Shown: positions 34,801 to 48,433, counted from the stretch's first letter. The stretch: 64,000 nucleotides of DNA from Anthoceros angustus (GCA_010909165.1 VJWM01000011.1:310001-374000); one strand, 5' to 3'. Notes: a model not told the origin generated them from the letters alone. A program made the numbers and translations.

Positions 34801-37800
34801 TCACCGGAATCCATTTGCTTCCCGCACAATCTGCACACGGGTGGGGAAGAAACGAGCCATGACGCTGCGGGTGGCCAGGTAAGGCCACAGCGCAGAGGCA
34901 ACGTGGAGAAGTGAAAGAAGCCAAAAGGAAGCGGAAGGTCCAGTGACTTCCACCAACTCCCGGTACGCCGTTGTGGAGAGGCGAGGCGGGAAAGTGCCAT
35001 AGACGAGAAGGAATAGGTACCAGGAAGCGATACTCCCCCACAACGCCAGGTGATGGATCCACGTGAAGTAGTGGATGCTTGCTGCCAGCTGCAGGTTGGG
35101 CACCAAAACGAGGCCTGTGAACATGAAAACCCCAAAATCCTGGAGATCGGCCACCTGTCCCTGCTTACGCACAGCTCGTGCCCACACTAGTCCGACCGGG
35201 AAGAAAAAGATGACGAATGAAGCCCACACGGAGTTGGCTATATATAACACCAGGAGCCGTCTGTTGAAGTACGCCTTGCGCTGCCCCGTTCGGTACAGTT
35301 CAGGGTGATGTATTAGCTCTTGGGCAGATGCGTCTTGGTCCATAACGCCCACCACCCCGATGGGTAGAGCCGTGAAAACTGTGTTGTAGAACGAGGCATA
35401 CCATGAGTTGTACAAGGGCTGTCCGGACATGAAATTGAACATGTTGGAGTACAGGGCTATCCATCCCATTATGCAAACCTTGTAGAAGAAGTAGAGAATC
35501 TGCAGCACACAGCTCCAGTCGAAGTTAGTAGTCTGACGGAAGACTTGAAGAAGCAAAGAAACTTCACATCACCACGCTCAGAATGAAGACAGAAGCGATG
35601 TGGATGCCTTCCCCTTCCCCTCTTTCTTCTCTGGCACATACTTGATGAAAGAAAGAAAGACGGAAAGAAAGAAAAAAACACTACATAGCACATCGTTCAG
35701 AACGAAGACCAAACGATGTAGATAAACCAGCTGCATTCAGCAGGAGAAGGAGAAGTAGCACACCACGCTTGAAATTCGGCGATAGCACCAATGACCATGC
35801 ACCAGCAACAAATGCTGCAGAAATCTGAATTGCCCAATTGCGTAATCAGCCGCCATGGCTGCCTGTTCATTCAGCAGCACATGAGATTTAAGGCTCATTC
35901 GAATGTAATACATTGCTTAACATGGCTTAACAATGCTAGCTGCAGAAGTACGTACCTGGGCACCTTCCACACCTGCAATCCCAACACCCACATTTGCGGC
36001 CTGAATCATCCCGACGTCATTAGCACCATCTCCGATTGCTAAGCACAACTTGTTCTGGCCTAGACCTTTCCTAACCAGCTGTGTCACTTGGGCCTTTTGC
36101 CTAGGTGACACACGACAGCAGAGCACCGAACTGCACTGCAGACACAGCTGCAAGAAGCCTCTCTGCAGACCCTCGTCTCCTACAATCAGAGCAAGAGATT
36201 GGCCATCGATAACGAGGGCGTGGGAAGCAGGCCCCACAGACCAAGTCTCCTGCTCCAGCTTGCCAACGCTCACACGCTGGCTCAGAGATTGCTCCATGTC
36301 GTCTTCCACCTCCAACCCATTAACATTCAAGCTCCTCCTCCTGCTGCCTCCCACACTATTGCTCCGAAGACTGAGTTTCGACTGCAACTGCTGCATCCTC
36401 CTGCCCCAGTCACTCAGATCTTCTTCATCATCGCTTTTACCATCTTCCAATGACTCCAGACCTTCCCGCAACCTTGTACCAACCAAATCTTTCAAACGCT
36501 GCACACATTCAGTCACACCCTGTATCAATGCACACGCTCAACCACAGCAAACCGCCAGGAAGGAAGGAGGTGGTGCTTTGCTTGAGTCAGCACCTGAGTA
36601 GCTTCTTCCCTCGGAAAACTTTCATTGATAAGTCGAGCTTCGCCAGAATCTAAACTCACAATGATTTTCTCCATGCCCTTGCGCAGCAGACTGCAAACTC
36701 CAAGACTGTAAGACATCAAGCTCAAGACAACACAAGCAACGGTGACACTACGAAAGCTCACCTGCAGGCATAACCAATGTTGATGGCGGTTTCCAACTTA
36801 TCCCCAGTCAACATCCAGATTTTGATACCAGCATGCGCAAGCCGATCAATTGTGTCAGGCACGCCGACCTGAAGCTTGTCCTCTACCCCCGTCCCACCAA
36901 TAACAATCAAACCCTTCTCTATTTCCTCCTCTACTTCCTCTACCCGTGTTTCTCGCTCGCCTCCTACCACATTCTTGGCAGCAGTGTATAACTTATTCCA
37001 TTGCTCATATTCTTCATCTTGAACCTCTCTGTACGCTACAAGCAAAGTCCGCAACCCCACCTCCCCAAATTGTCGCAGATGATCCATGGTTTCCTTCAAC
37101 CAGCCATTCGCTGTAGGATGGACCCTCTCCTGCATAACGGAATCAGCACCTTTACAGAGTAATATCAACTTTCCTTCCGGAAGCCGCACAATGACGGACA
37201 TCCGCTTCCTTGTACTACTGAACTCGAGGACATTCAGAAGCTCATAGCTCTTGTCCCCGGCATTCGAATCTGGCAAGACTTCCCTGATGTGTAATGAGTT
37301 AGAGGTCCTCTTGTAGAAGCAAAATCCAAACTGCTTGGCAGCAACAACAAGAGCCGCTTCATCAGGTGACTCGGCCCTGTAGGTTATGGAGGACATGTCC
37401 TCAACATCCCCTTGCGGAATTGCTGTATGACACAGGGCAAGGACCTCGAAAAAGAACTGAATAATGTTAGCATTCTCCTCCTTCACCCAATTACCCCCCA
37501 AAATCCTCGAATCGTGGAAGTTAAAGCCCCGCACTCGAGGTGTGTCCTCTGTCAGCTGAGGATCAACATCCTCAAACTTCCGAGTAGGCTGCACAAGAGC
37601 AGCACTGCTTCTTTCCTTGCTTATGTTTAAACCCAACTCTTCAGCTGCTCTCTCGACTTCAGTGGTTCCTGTCCCATAAGACACCCCAGCTATAGTACAC
37701 CGGAAAAAGTCCATTTGATTCCTTGTGAGAGTACCAGTTTTGTCAGACAAGATGGTGTCCACTTGGCCCAGTTCTTCATTGAGACCAGCTGACTTCACCT

Positions 37801-39163
37801 TGGCTGCCCTACCACTGTCCTCATCATACATGAGCACATCCTGCATGATGAAGAGAGCTTGAACTACACGGACAATCTCTAGAGTGACGTAAAGAGCAAT
37901 TGGCACCAGGTACCCATAAAGCACCAGACTAGTGACAAAGGACACAATGCCTGCCACAGCAGCTCTATTTGGATTGAAATAAGGGTCCGATGCACCAGGT
38001 CGCAGATACAGCATATTAGGTCCGTGCACTTGGGTGATGATGCCGAAGACCAAGCCTGTGATGAAGCTGAGGATGAATAGTACAAAGAACATGACCCAGA
38101 TCACCTTGTCCAATGATAAATCGATTCGACTGCGTTTGGAGGGCGGAGGGGTTGCATTTTGCATAACCTTGGTGTCATGCCCAGAGTATATCACCACTCC
38201 AAACACATGCCCTGTATTCTGTAGGGTGGAGTCTCGTAGCAGGATCTGCTGGGGACCCACAGATAAGGAAGGGCCGTCCGGGAGGTCCAACACCCCACTG
38301 AACGTGTAGAGAGACGCATTCGGAGCATCACAGGTCAGATGAGCAGTAAAATGCGCGACCTGAGCCAAATCCCGGAGGCTAAGGGTGCAGTCCAGTGCTT
38401 GTCGAACCTGCCTAAATAAATTCCAAGCAAGAGTGGAGTTAACGTGTGACAAAACGATGTCGAAAACAAAATGGCTTTGGCTCAGCTAACCTTGAGATTT
38501 GTTTCTCCATCCAGGTTTCTGGTCTCCACATAGCAAGAGCCTTGCTCAAGACTAGAACACAACAGAAGCAAGTCTGCAGGGAAGTAGTCGTTATCCTCAA
38601 CTTTGACCACATCGCCCACCCTGAGATCCTTCCCCTCCTTCTTCACCAGTGTGCTATCAGGTGAGACAACTAGAACAGATCTGGAGTTCACTTGCTTATC
38701 CCCTTTAGCACGGCGCCAGTCTTCCCAGAGTTCCCGACCCATCCCCAAGGCAAGCACAAATGCCAAGGGCAGTATAACACTGACACTGCTGTATGGACTG
38801 AATGGAGTGAGAGACAAAGCTGCCATGGCTGTGAAGTACCAGTAGGCTGCTCTCCTGTATTGCTCGAAGAGCGACTTGGGCAGGAAATCATACCAAGTAT
38901 ACTTGGTAGTCCTGGTCTCGTTTCCAGGATACCTGCCAATAGTACACACAAAGTGGGTACACTTACAAGAGAGGCTGCAGCAGATACAACACGTACAGTG
39001 TAGGAAGGTAGCTTTACCCAAAGGCCGAGTTGAGGTGTGGCTGATTGCAGTGCACATGGTGGACATCTTCAGACGCAGGAGGAAAATCGCGCAGTGAAGA
39101 AGCAGATGGCTCCCGGCCCCGGCACCACCTGCGCAGCAGCCAGAATCTAGGCAACCAACCCAT
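34801..39163 (-). CDS. ALA: P4-type ATPase phospholipid flippase (ALA family), multi-exon
   Basis: First exon MGWLPRFW...[13 protein letters not shown], then [82 protein letters not shown] and YNTVFTALP. Stop at 34803-34801. Confidence 0.95.
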
Positions 39164-39639
39164 GCTCAATCCACAACCTCACGTACTGGGAGGCGAGCCA
39201 GAGAGCTCCCAACTCGACCCTGCAGCCCCGTCCATGCTGGGTGATAGGGCGATGATGCCTGGCGGGGCAGCAGCCAGCTGAGGACTGGCAACACTGCTGG
39301 GAAGTTGCAACTTTGTATTGAATAATGACACGACACCGACTTTTGCCCACGATACCACGCGGCCGGCGCCTGAGGCGCTCCTGCCTGCCAGGTGACTGCC
39401 CAAACTGGAACTCATCACGTCTGCCTTTCCCTTGTAATGCGAGATGCGAGGATAGTAGGGACGGGACCAAAAAAGGAAGAAGTCAGTGATGATGCCTTGC
39501 TGGGACCAAAAAAGGAAGGAGTCAGCGATGCCTTGCGGCAACCGAAGCGAAGCTTCTTAAGAAACGAGACTGCCTCATCCCATCCGCCCATGCAGTTCTA
39601 GGGCTCTTAGTGGGTTGGGTTCCACGTCCGGTGGTCAGC

Positions 39640-41978
39640 ATGGTACAGATCACTGAGGAAGGCGAGCTGGAGGATCGAATGCGAGATTTGCAGCTGGAGT
39701 CCTTAGAAGTTGGGGATGTTGAGGCGGAGGAGGGATGTGGGTCCGATGGAGGGGATGATGATGGGGAAGACGAAGACCTCGATGATGACGAAGAGGAAGA
39801 GGAAGAGGAGGAGGATGGATTGCCCCGTGTGATGGTTGGGTATGCGCAAAAGCCCCAGAAAGCGTGGGTCCTGGCGAGGCACCATTTCCCGAGCAAAGCT
39901 GGCGGCACTCCTGTATGGCCTATTCTGTCTCACGTTTGGTTTTTGGAGCTCTGCGTTTGACCTCATCAGTGAGGTGCACTCGGTCTGACGATGTGGATTG
40001 TTTTGCAGGCATGGTTGGATCCTGTGAGACTTCCTGACGGCAAGGACAGCAGCTGTGGATTCTGTAACAATCCTTTGGAGTTTCTGTTGCAGGTGATACT
40101 CTTCAGTGGGTTGTGGTGGAGGAATCTGACAATTCCGAAGGGCTGTGAAGTAACCATGTCTTGTGGATGATGCAGGTTTACGGCCCCATAGATGATGTAG
40201 ATGAGGCTTTCCATAGAACTTTGTTTGTCTTCATGTGCCCTAGCATGACTTGCCTGCAAAAGGATCAAGCTGAGCAGAAAAGTCACGCTGCGCACCAAGG
40301 GCCCAGAAGGTGAGGTTTAGCTCGAATTCAAGCATGGGTTTTAGGTGTTAAGAGGCTGTTTTTGGGCAGCGGGATCTATGGTGGGCGGTAGATCATTCTC
40401 TTGTCAGCATCTAGAGTGGGGAATGACTTGTGTGTTGTAATTGGCCAGTGTAAAGGTCTTCCGGTCCCAGCTTCCCCGTGAAAATCCTTACTACTCAACT
40501 TCACCTCCACGGTCTGATGGGCAAGATGCGCCGTCGTGTGAAGGAGGTATGGTGATTCTGTGTTAGTGTTGGCACCCATTGTTGTGACAATCGCCGTTTT
40601 TTCACCTAAATGGATGCTCAGATGGACAGGTCTCTGAATTCAATACAGCCCACTGACTCACATAAATTGGGGCTGATGCTCAGCTTTCCTTTGCAGCTGG
40701 TGTGGAACATGGAAGGCTGCGAAGAAGGTGTGCGGGGGCTGTAAACAAACCCGATATTGCTCGAAGAGTCATCAGGTGACCTTAGAGAGTGGTGCTAAAC
40801 TGACTGCTTCTGCTTTCCTTCGATTATGGCATAATCCCTGACAGTAGTGGCTGGGAGTGTTGATCAGTTGCTGCATTGGAGAAGTGGTCACGCATCCTTC
40901 TGTCGTGAAGTTCAAGCAGCCAAGGCTAGCAACACAGCAGAGAACTCTGATAATATGGATGTAGACAAGACTCGTGGAGCCAACGGCAAGGGCTCTGGCG
41001 AGACGAATCCGGGAGGGCATAAATACACCGATGGCATTGCTCTGGCTGCAAGCACAAAGTCGTGGCCCGAGTTCGAACTTGTGGTAGATGATGAACCTCC
41101 TGAACAGGTTCTTGGGCAAGGAGATTATAGTGCACGATCCAGAGAAAGGAGCTTATATATAGATTACATGAGAAGGATGGCTGAAAGCCCATCCGATACA
41201 GATGTTCGAGGAGTGGAGCAGGTAGGTGCTGACTGGCCTCTTCCTCGTCACGGAGTGTGGGTACGTGTGCACACGAGGTTCCAGCATTGAATCGCCGAGC
41301 TGTGGTGCAGGCATCGAAGGAGCAGCAGCATTGGGCCTCTTTCCAAGCTCGTTTGGCAAGGGCTCCTGAGCAAATTCTAAGGTACCATATCTTGCCCTGC
41401 TTCGCAATTCACTGTAGATATTGTGGGCTTGGTGGAATAGGTTGTGGCCGGCTTGGTGGACTTGGTTGTGGGCTTGGTGGAATTGGTTGATCCCAGCTGG
41501 AGGATATGTGGTATGGAACGTTGATACGGTGGGTGGTTGAAAAGGTATTGTAGATCAGAAGGGACGAAACCCTTGTGGCCAAGACTGGACCAGCAGCCTG
41601 CTGCTTCCGACATCCCTCCTTGTGGTAGCTGCGGTGGCCCGCGCATATTCGAGTTTCAGGTAAGGTGTCGATGGAAAGTGAGGAGGTGTGGAGCCATCCT
41701 GGTGGCAACTGACATCGACCCTGCATCTCCCAAAGCTGTGCACGCTGCTGATGTCGACACGTTGATTTATTCATTGAATCCTTCCTTCACTCATCCTGCA
41801 GATTCTACCTCAGCTGCTCTACTTTTTGCAAGTGGAAAACGAAGCCAAGTCTCTGGACTGGGCAACCATCGCCGTCTACACCTGTGCCTCGTCCTGCCAC
41901 ATCGGATCTGCTCCAGCTGTTTCACAGGGCTACAAGGAAGAATTTGCGTGGGTGCAGTTAGAGAGCTACGGAGCTTGA
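39640..41978 (+). CDS. PDCD2: PDCD2/Tsr4-like protein (zf-MYND + PDCD2_C), multi-exon
   Basis: Acidic N-terminus, then HFPSKAGGTP|AWLDP, CGFCNNPLEFLLQ, AFHRTLFVFMC, MYND-type C..C...C..C..YCS...HW..GH...C, WPEFELVVDDE, ARAPEQILRY, PPCGSCGGPRIFEFQ, LDWATIAVYTC..SC and EEFAWVQ. Confidence 0.92.
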
Positions 41979-42395
41979 TGGGCTGTGCTGTGCAACAGTG
42001 CTGTGCCGTGCTGCCCTTCGTCGCTCCCATCACGGTTGCTGTGCTGGGGGAGCCTCCCCCTTTTAGTGGTGGTTACGCTCCCCGTGTTGTACAGGCGGCA
42101 GAAACGCCATCCTAATCAAAAGAGGTGGAAGCACAGGAAAGTGAGCTCACCTGGTCACTTGTGTGATGCATCATGCGCGTGCGACCGTGGGTCACGCGGG
42201 TCCCTTCCGGCTTAACTGTCGGCCCCAGGACTGGTGCCTGCAAGTCAGCCCACAGCCCACTTGGTCATGCACGCTGGGAATCAGTAGGTAGCGGTACAAT
42301 GCCGCGTCCAGACAGAAAACAATGTGCACCAGGTAGTGCCTGGAGTGTCAGCATCCAGGTGCAGACATTTTGTTCAAGGAAGGCACAAGAGAAAA

Positions 42396-42424
42396 GAAGA
42401 GAAGAGAAGAGAAGAGAAGAGAAG
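42396..42424. repeat. (GAAGA)n microsatellite
   Basis: About six tandem gaaga copies. Confidence 0.9.
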
Positions 42425-42504
42425 GAGGAGGTGGGACTCGGAGCAGCAGGCTGCAGATTCAACAGCCAGAGCAGAGCAGAGCAGTGAAGTTTGGTGCGTC
42501 GGCA

Positions 42505-42582
42505 TCTGCTCTTCAGGATGGCTTGCTGGTGATGTGTGACATTTCCCCACCTTTCCATCCCGCTCGCCATCCTGGAAGCATT
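42505..42582. ncRNA. Candidate miRNA-like hairpin in an apparently non-coding interval
   Basis: The arm tgctcttcaggatggcttgctggtgatg pairs with catcccgctcgccatcctggaagca (about 20 pairs with few bulges). I recall no matching miRNA family. Confidence 0.3.
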
Positions 42583-43025
42583 GTTGTAGCTCACGACAAA
42601 GGGAATGCTCGCTGTCGCCTGCCCACTGGCCGGCTGGTGAGTCTACCCTGCCCTGCCCTTCCCAGTCCTGTCCGATACTTACCCAGACTGTGGCCTGGAC
42701 TGGACATAGCATGCAGCTGTAGCTGCCCATGGAATGGAACTTGCCGAGGTGCTTCTTCTCCGGACCGGACCAGCAAGCCCCAGGGCACACACCAATATGG
42801 GCATGTCCAGCACCACTGCCCACCATGCCGTTTTCTGGGCTGTGCGTGTGGGGACTCTTGACCCACAAGTCGTCCACCAGGCCAGGCCCACACGCATGCA
42901 ACCTTAGCCAACACGCATGCAGCCATCCATAGCCAGCACGCAAACAACACATATTCCTTCCTTCCCTCGCTTGACTACCCCTTGTACAGGAAGTAGCAAG
43001 ACTGGCCTTATCTGTGCATGTCTTA

Positions 43026-43134
43026 ATGCATGTACGAGTCGACTCACCACTCACCATGGATGCATGTACGAGTCGACTCACCACTCACCATGGATGCATG
43101 TACGAGTCGACTCACCACTCACCATGGATGCATG
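43026..43134. repeat. Perfect 3 x 34-bp tandem repeat with CATGCA-type (RY) junctions and a gagtcgactc palindrome
   Basis: atgcatgtacgagtcgactcaccactcaccatgg at 43026, 43060 and 43094. Confidence 0.97.
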
Positions 43135-45513
43135 CACATTCACCCCGGGCAGGGCCGGTGAGGAGTCCAACGTTTATCTCATGTCCATGCTCCCTTGCCG
43201 TAACCCGGGGTGGCCAGGCACGTGGGCCTAACCCAGCGCACGTGACCGGAATAGTGGGCGATAGGGTTTATTGTATGAATGTACATATGTAAGTGGTAAG
43301 GTAATCGGTTCCATCAGTCACGCGCTGATCATGAGAGACCATGGCGATCGCAATCCCGGCCCCTGGCCTCCGCGCGAGGGCAGGCAAGCTGGCAGGCGTG
43401 AGCCGGGGGCAAGCGTGGCGCCAGCTAAGTCCGACGTGGCCACACTCGATGCCGCCACTTGATGTCGCGCATGTGCCCTGCGTCGGGGAGGTAAGGTTAC
43501 GTACGTACTAGTCTAACCAACGGACCACACATTAGTCCGAATACGTTAACCCCAGTGGAAACCTGCATTCGCTGGCCCCGCCAGCCTGGCATGGGGTTCT
43601 GTGCACACTCCATACGCCATGTGGCATGTGCCTGCATGCCAGCCTGGTTCAGACAGCATCTCTCGACTCACTCCATGTAGCACATACGCACTTTGCAGCT
43701 CACCGCGTGGATGGAGGAGATGGATGCGCATACCATACGTACTCATCTATCTGTATCTATATCGACGGGAATTCGGCCGGGAATCGAGCTCTGGTCGGCC
43801 CCGCCCCCGCCGTCGCTCTTTACCGCCTGACCTACGAGCTGTGGATACCACTTTTCTGCTCCCCTTTTCTACTGCAGAGTAGGTATTCGACCAACATCGA
43901 AGACTGTACACACATACATATGTACATAGGATGCTTCAACGGGAAATTCAAGGAGGAGAAGTGTGACGAGGTGTTAGTTAGTATGAAGAAATACAGCACT
44001 GGACTCCCTCGGGTGATTTCTTGGGCATCATGGGACCTCCTGCACCACCTGCAACAGCCAGACGAGAACAATATATAATCTGTAATATAACTCTTCTGAA
44101 CGTTGTAGGTACATGGATGTCGCGCTTAGAGGTCTCGCGCGCTCGCTCGCGGGCGTGGCTGGAGAACTGTCCAGCCACATTAATAGTATTATTATAGCCG
44201 TTTCGTCCCACAAGTGAGGGAGGTGCGTCTGCGTCTGCGTGTGCTGTGCTGCCCCCAGTTCTGTTCTGCCCTGCGGATCCCTGCCAAGTCCAGCCGAGCA
44301 TGTAGAGAGAGGCGAGAGAGTGGGAGGCGGGACTGGGACTCTCTGGGGGCCAGCCAGCGAGCCAGCCAGCTCGCTGCTGCCTCCTGCCTGTGTCCCTGCT
44401 TCCGGCCTTCGTGCCTCTTCCACGCCTCGTCCACCGCGGCGGCTCAGGCCTGGACGCCGCCGCATCCGCCAATCCGCTCGCAGCCTCCCCCGTCTGCCGT
44501 CCATTCCACCTTCCCCCTTCCTTGCTCCATTGCTGCTTCGCCGCGCGGTGTGGCTTTGTTTGACTGGCTACGCAGGCAGGACAGAACAGAACAGAAACAG
44601 AAGAGAATACATGACAGCAGAACAGGTTGCATTCGCTTTGCTTGATTGGCGCAAGACTCTCATCACAAAAGAGAAGCGAGCAGCGGACCGGACAGGAGCC
44701 GCTTCCAGGACCCTGCTGTTGCAGCAGCAATCAATTCCCCTCCCTCCTTCCCCGTGCACCTGTCTCCAGTTGTCAGATGCCGTCACGCCTACTTCTCTCC
44801 TTCCTGGAGCGCCTGCGGGGGACCAATTCTGCTTTGTGTGCTTTGATTTGACTCTCTGGATTGCCTTGGAGACGCGGATAAACTTTTGTGTCGTGTGCCT
44901 GAATTGTTCCGCCTCTCCTGCTTCCCTCCCCCTTTTCGGAAGCCTCAGTCCTTCTTTTTGTGAATTCTACACTCTGTCTTTGTCAGGATTAAGAGCTGAT
45001 GTTGGAAAAACAAGCGAGCTGGCTGCTGAGCTTCCCGGACATCATTTCGTCTGATCACCGCGTCAATTTGAAGAGGCTTGCTAGCAGCTGAGATCGGAGG
45101 CGGGAGATCTCGGGCTTCGTGTATGTGGCCAGCGGTCGAGACTGCTTCCAATTTGTTGTAGGGGAAAGTGCGGGAGCTCAAATAGAAAAGTGCTGTAGGG
45201 GAGCTCCCGGAGCTTATTGTTATTGGCGATTGCATCTTGAGGAAAGGATAGGAAGGGATAGGTGATGTGCGCTTCTTGCAGGCGGAATTGTCGGGCTCTC
45301 GGAGTCTCAATGCTTCTGTGCTCTGCACTCCAGCTCAGGAGGAGGAGGTTCACCATAGCTCGCGGCTACAGAGGTTATTACAGCTTTGTGCCCTAAGGAC
45401 CTTGGTTGCCTTGGCTTCATCACGCAGGTCAGGGAGGGCCAGCAAGAATTCTTCAAGAACAATCCATCTCCTTCTCGCAGCTTCCTTCATAGTTTCACGA
45501 CGGTCTGCTCAGG

Positions 45514-47958
45514 ATGAGGAAGATGCCGATGTTGCAGCTATCATTTATTTCGTGGCGAGGGCCTATGATCCACTCCCTGCCAGCTATGAGCACACTCCTA
45601 TCCTCTCCCAAAAAGTCCAAAAGTCATGTGAAAACCTGGGGGGGAAGAGCTTCTGGTGCAACTTGGTGGCTCCTTCTGTTGGCGGTCTTTGCGTTGATGA
45701 GTATGTCCAAGTACATATTCACGTGGCATCCTCAAGGATTTGATGACGGCTGCAGTGGCTCAACTGGATTGGCGGCAAGAGAGCAACATCTGCAGTCCCA
45801 AATTTTAGGGAGCGCGTACCCCCGGCCTCTTGAGCCACATGCTGTAAGCTCCAATCTTACAGGGGTGGAGCGTACTTTTTGGGAACAGCCTGACAGCATG
45901 GGATACCGGCCTTGCGTTGTGTTTAGTGATGAGTACAGAGGGGCCTCAGCTCTTCTGGGATCGGCGGGGAGGCGGAAATATTTGATGGTGGTCGTAAACG
46001 GGGGACTCAACCAACAGCGGAACCAGATTGTGGATGCTGTCGTAATTGCTCGCATTCTCCAGGCCACTTTGGTACTGCCTGTTATGCAGGTCAACCAGGT
46101 TTGGGGAGATGAAAGGTAATTTGCTTCCGCCTTACTTTTGTTCCGGGAAGTGTGCGTCCCTTGTTTCCTGTGCCACTTGATGCCCATCGTCGGTGAAATC
46201 TTTGTCAGGCACAGTTTGTGTGGAACTTCTTGGGAGTCTGGACTGCCATGTGTTGTCAGCGCCTCTCCAAGATGTGGGACAGCAACATATTGCTATAGCT
46301 AGTTGTCTTTCTGAAAGTGGATGTTTGACCGGCTTTGTCGTCAATCCTCGCGTCTGTGAAAAGGTGGACTCTTCCCACTTGAGTGACGCTAACTGATCTG
46401 CCTGGCTTCTCTCTGTGCGTGCAGTGAATTTTCAGAGATCTTCGATGCCGAACACTTCAAGGAGACATTAAGGGAGGACGTCAGAGTAGTATCATCGCTA
46501 CCCTCGACGCTTTTGACAAGCAAGTTCATTATTGGAAACAAGCTGCCACTGTATGCCAGCCCTGAATGGTATCGATCTCGATATTCTAAACAGGTGCGAA
46601 GCAATTGCAGTGTAGTAACGTGCATCCTGTCACGTTTTTGAAGGGTCTTATCAACAGCTTTCTTACAGTGGATTTTGCTACAGTTCCGCAGAAATGTTCT
46701 TCTCCTTCGAGGTCTGGACTCTAAGCTATCCAAGGATCTACCGTCAGATTTGCAAAAATTACGGTGCAAGGTACGTTGAATCCTTGGAATTGATGTCTGC
46801 TCTCCAACCTATCCATCCACATTGGTGAACGGTCGGTTGGGAGGACAGGAGCAGCAGTGTCTTGCCTTGGAGATCATGCTTCAATGCCCATTTATATCTC
46901 AGCTTCGCTTGTGGCCTGTCGCGTCCAGGTGGCGTTCCATGCTCTGCGCTTTGCCGCACCAATTCAGGCTGTAGGTGAAATGCTGGCCAATAGAATGTGG
47001 CAAGACGGTCCTTATGTAGCTCTTCACCTCAGAATGGAGAAGGACGTCTGGGTCAGGACTGGCTGCTTGCCAGGATTGGGTCCGAGATTTGATGAAGAGG
47101 TGAACAGGACACGGGCTCAAGCGCCACAGCTTCTGACTACGCGGAATACCCTGACTTATGACGAACGAAAATTCGCCGGTCTCTGCCCCTTGAACGCCGC
47201 GGAAGTAGTCAGGTAGTTCTCCTCATTGTGCGTGTTGTGCGTCAAATCCTCATACCGTGGGTAGTACCCGAAGTCTCATGTAGTTTTGAGGGTTTGCAGC
47301 GTTCTTTATGTTCTGGTAATGACTCTGCCGCAGGCTCTTGCGAGCTATGGGAGCAACAGAAACGACGCGAATCTATTGGGCTGGTGGTGAGCCTCTAGGT
47401 GGAGCAAAGGCTTTGGAGCCTCTTGTCGAAGCATTTCCTCATCTGTACAACAAGGAAAAGCTTGCACGGCCCGAGGAGCTAGAACCGTTTCGCAACAAAG
47501 CTTCCAGTCTTGCGGCCATTGACTATTTGGTATCCTTGAACAGCGACGTCTTCATGCCATCCCATGGCGGCAACATGGGGCGTGCCATTCAGGTCCGTTG
47601 TCAAGCTCCCAATCTTTTGTATGAACAGGCTGATTTTCGGAAACTGAAGGACCAAGTTCCACAGTTCCCTCTAATGCTCTTTCCCGCCTTGCAGGGTCAC
47701 AGAGCATATGCTGGACATCGCAAGCACATAACTCCAAACAAGAGAGAGATGCTCCCACATTTTCTGGACACGTCTCTACTGGAGGAGGAGTTCAATAGCA
47801 TCATCAGACTTGTTCACAATGAGTCATTGGGTCAACCGACTTTGCGGACGGACAAACCGGGGAGGGACGTCATCGCTTATCCAGTGCCTGAGTGCATGTG
47901 CCAAAGGAAGGAGCCAGAATCAAGGCCAGTGTCAGCCAGATCGACCTCTGTCTTCTGA
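45514..47958 (+). CDS. OFUT: O-fucosyltransferase family (DUF246/GT106) Golgi glycosyltransferase
   Basis: Type II TM segment, then YLMVVVNGGLNQQRNQIVDAVVIARIL, SEFSEIFDAEHFK, LPSDLQKLRCK|VAFHALRF, YVALHLRMEKDVWVRTGC, GLCPL, IYWAGGEP, LAAIDYLVS..SDVFMPSHGGNM and YPVPECMC. Confidence 0.95.
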
Positions 47959-48433
47959 TGGATGCAGGTCATTGTCCATTCATTCCCTGATTATTCTTTT
48001 ACTTACCCCTAGCTAGGTAGACCTGTACCTATATCCTAACAAAACTAACCAGAGATCCGACAGACCACGGGGTGGATGAGCTCTTGCATTCGATCGCGAT
48101 TAGAATTCGACGGACCGGGCACCGTTTTCTAGGAAAACCCTATGTCATAGAAAAAACTACGTGTAAGTTAATAACGCAGGCTGTCTATACAGCCTGCAAA
48201 CTAGGTGCTCTGGAAAATGTGACGTCACAAAAAAGAAACGGATGGAGAATATCCCGATTGCAACCAATGAGAATGCGGTTGTATGTTGTGTGGCCAGCAC
48301 ACGCTCCTTCCGAAGCAGCTTCCTCCTCTCATCCTAGTATCTACAAAGTCATTTGCTCGTTCGCTGCCCAGGCTGTCTACGCTGTGCCGGTCTACTATAC
48401 GTTGCAGCTAGTGCAACTCATTGCATATCAGCG

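Noticed and set aside
41425-41490. ggcttggtgga repeats encoding a Gly-rich peptide
   Set aside because: They lie inside a PDCD2 intron and look like simple slippage.
33479-41978. Functional clustering of RPS26 with PDCD2/Tsr4
   Set aside because: PDCD2/Tsr4 chaperones uS5, not eS26, so the proximity is likely coincidental.
42374-45054. ORFs of 236, 250 and 271 aa in the PDCD2-OFUT interval, and possible small signalling peptides near 43830-44110
   Set aside because: They consist of simple-repeat-derived composition, and I recognised no CLE, CEP, RALF or DVL motif.
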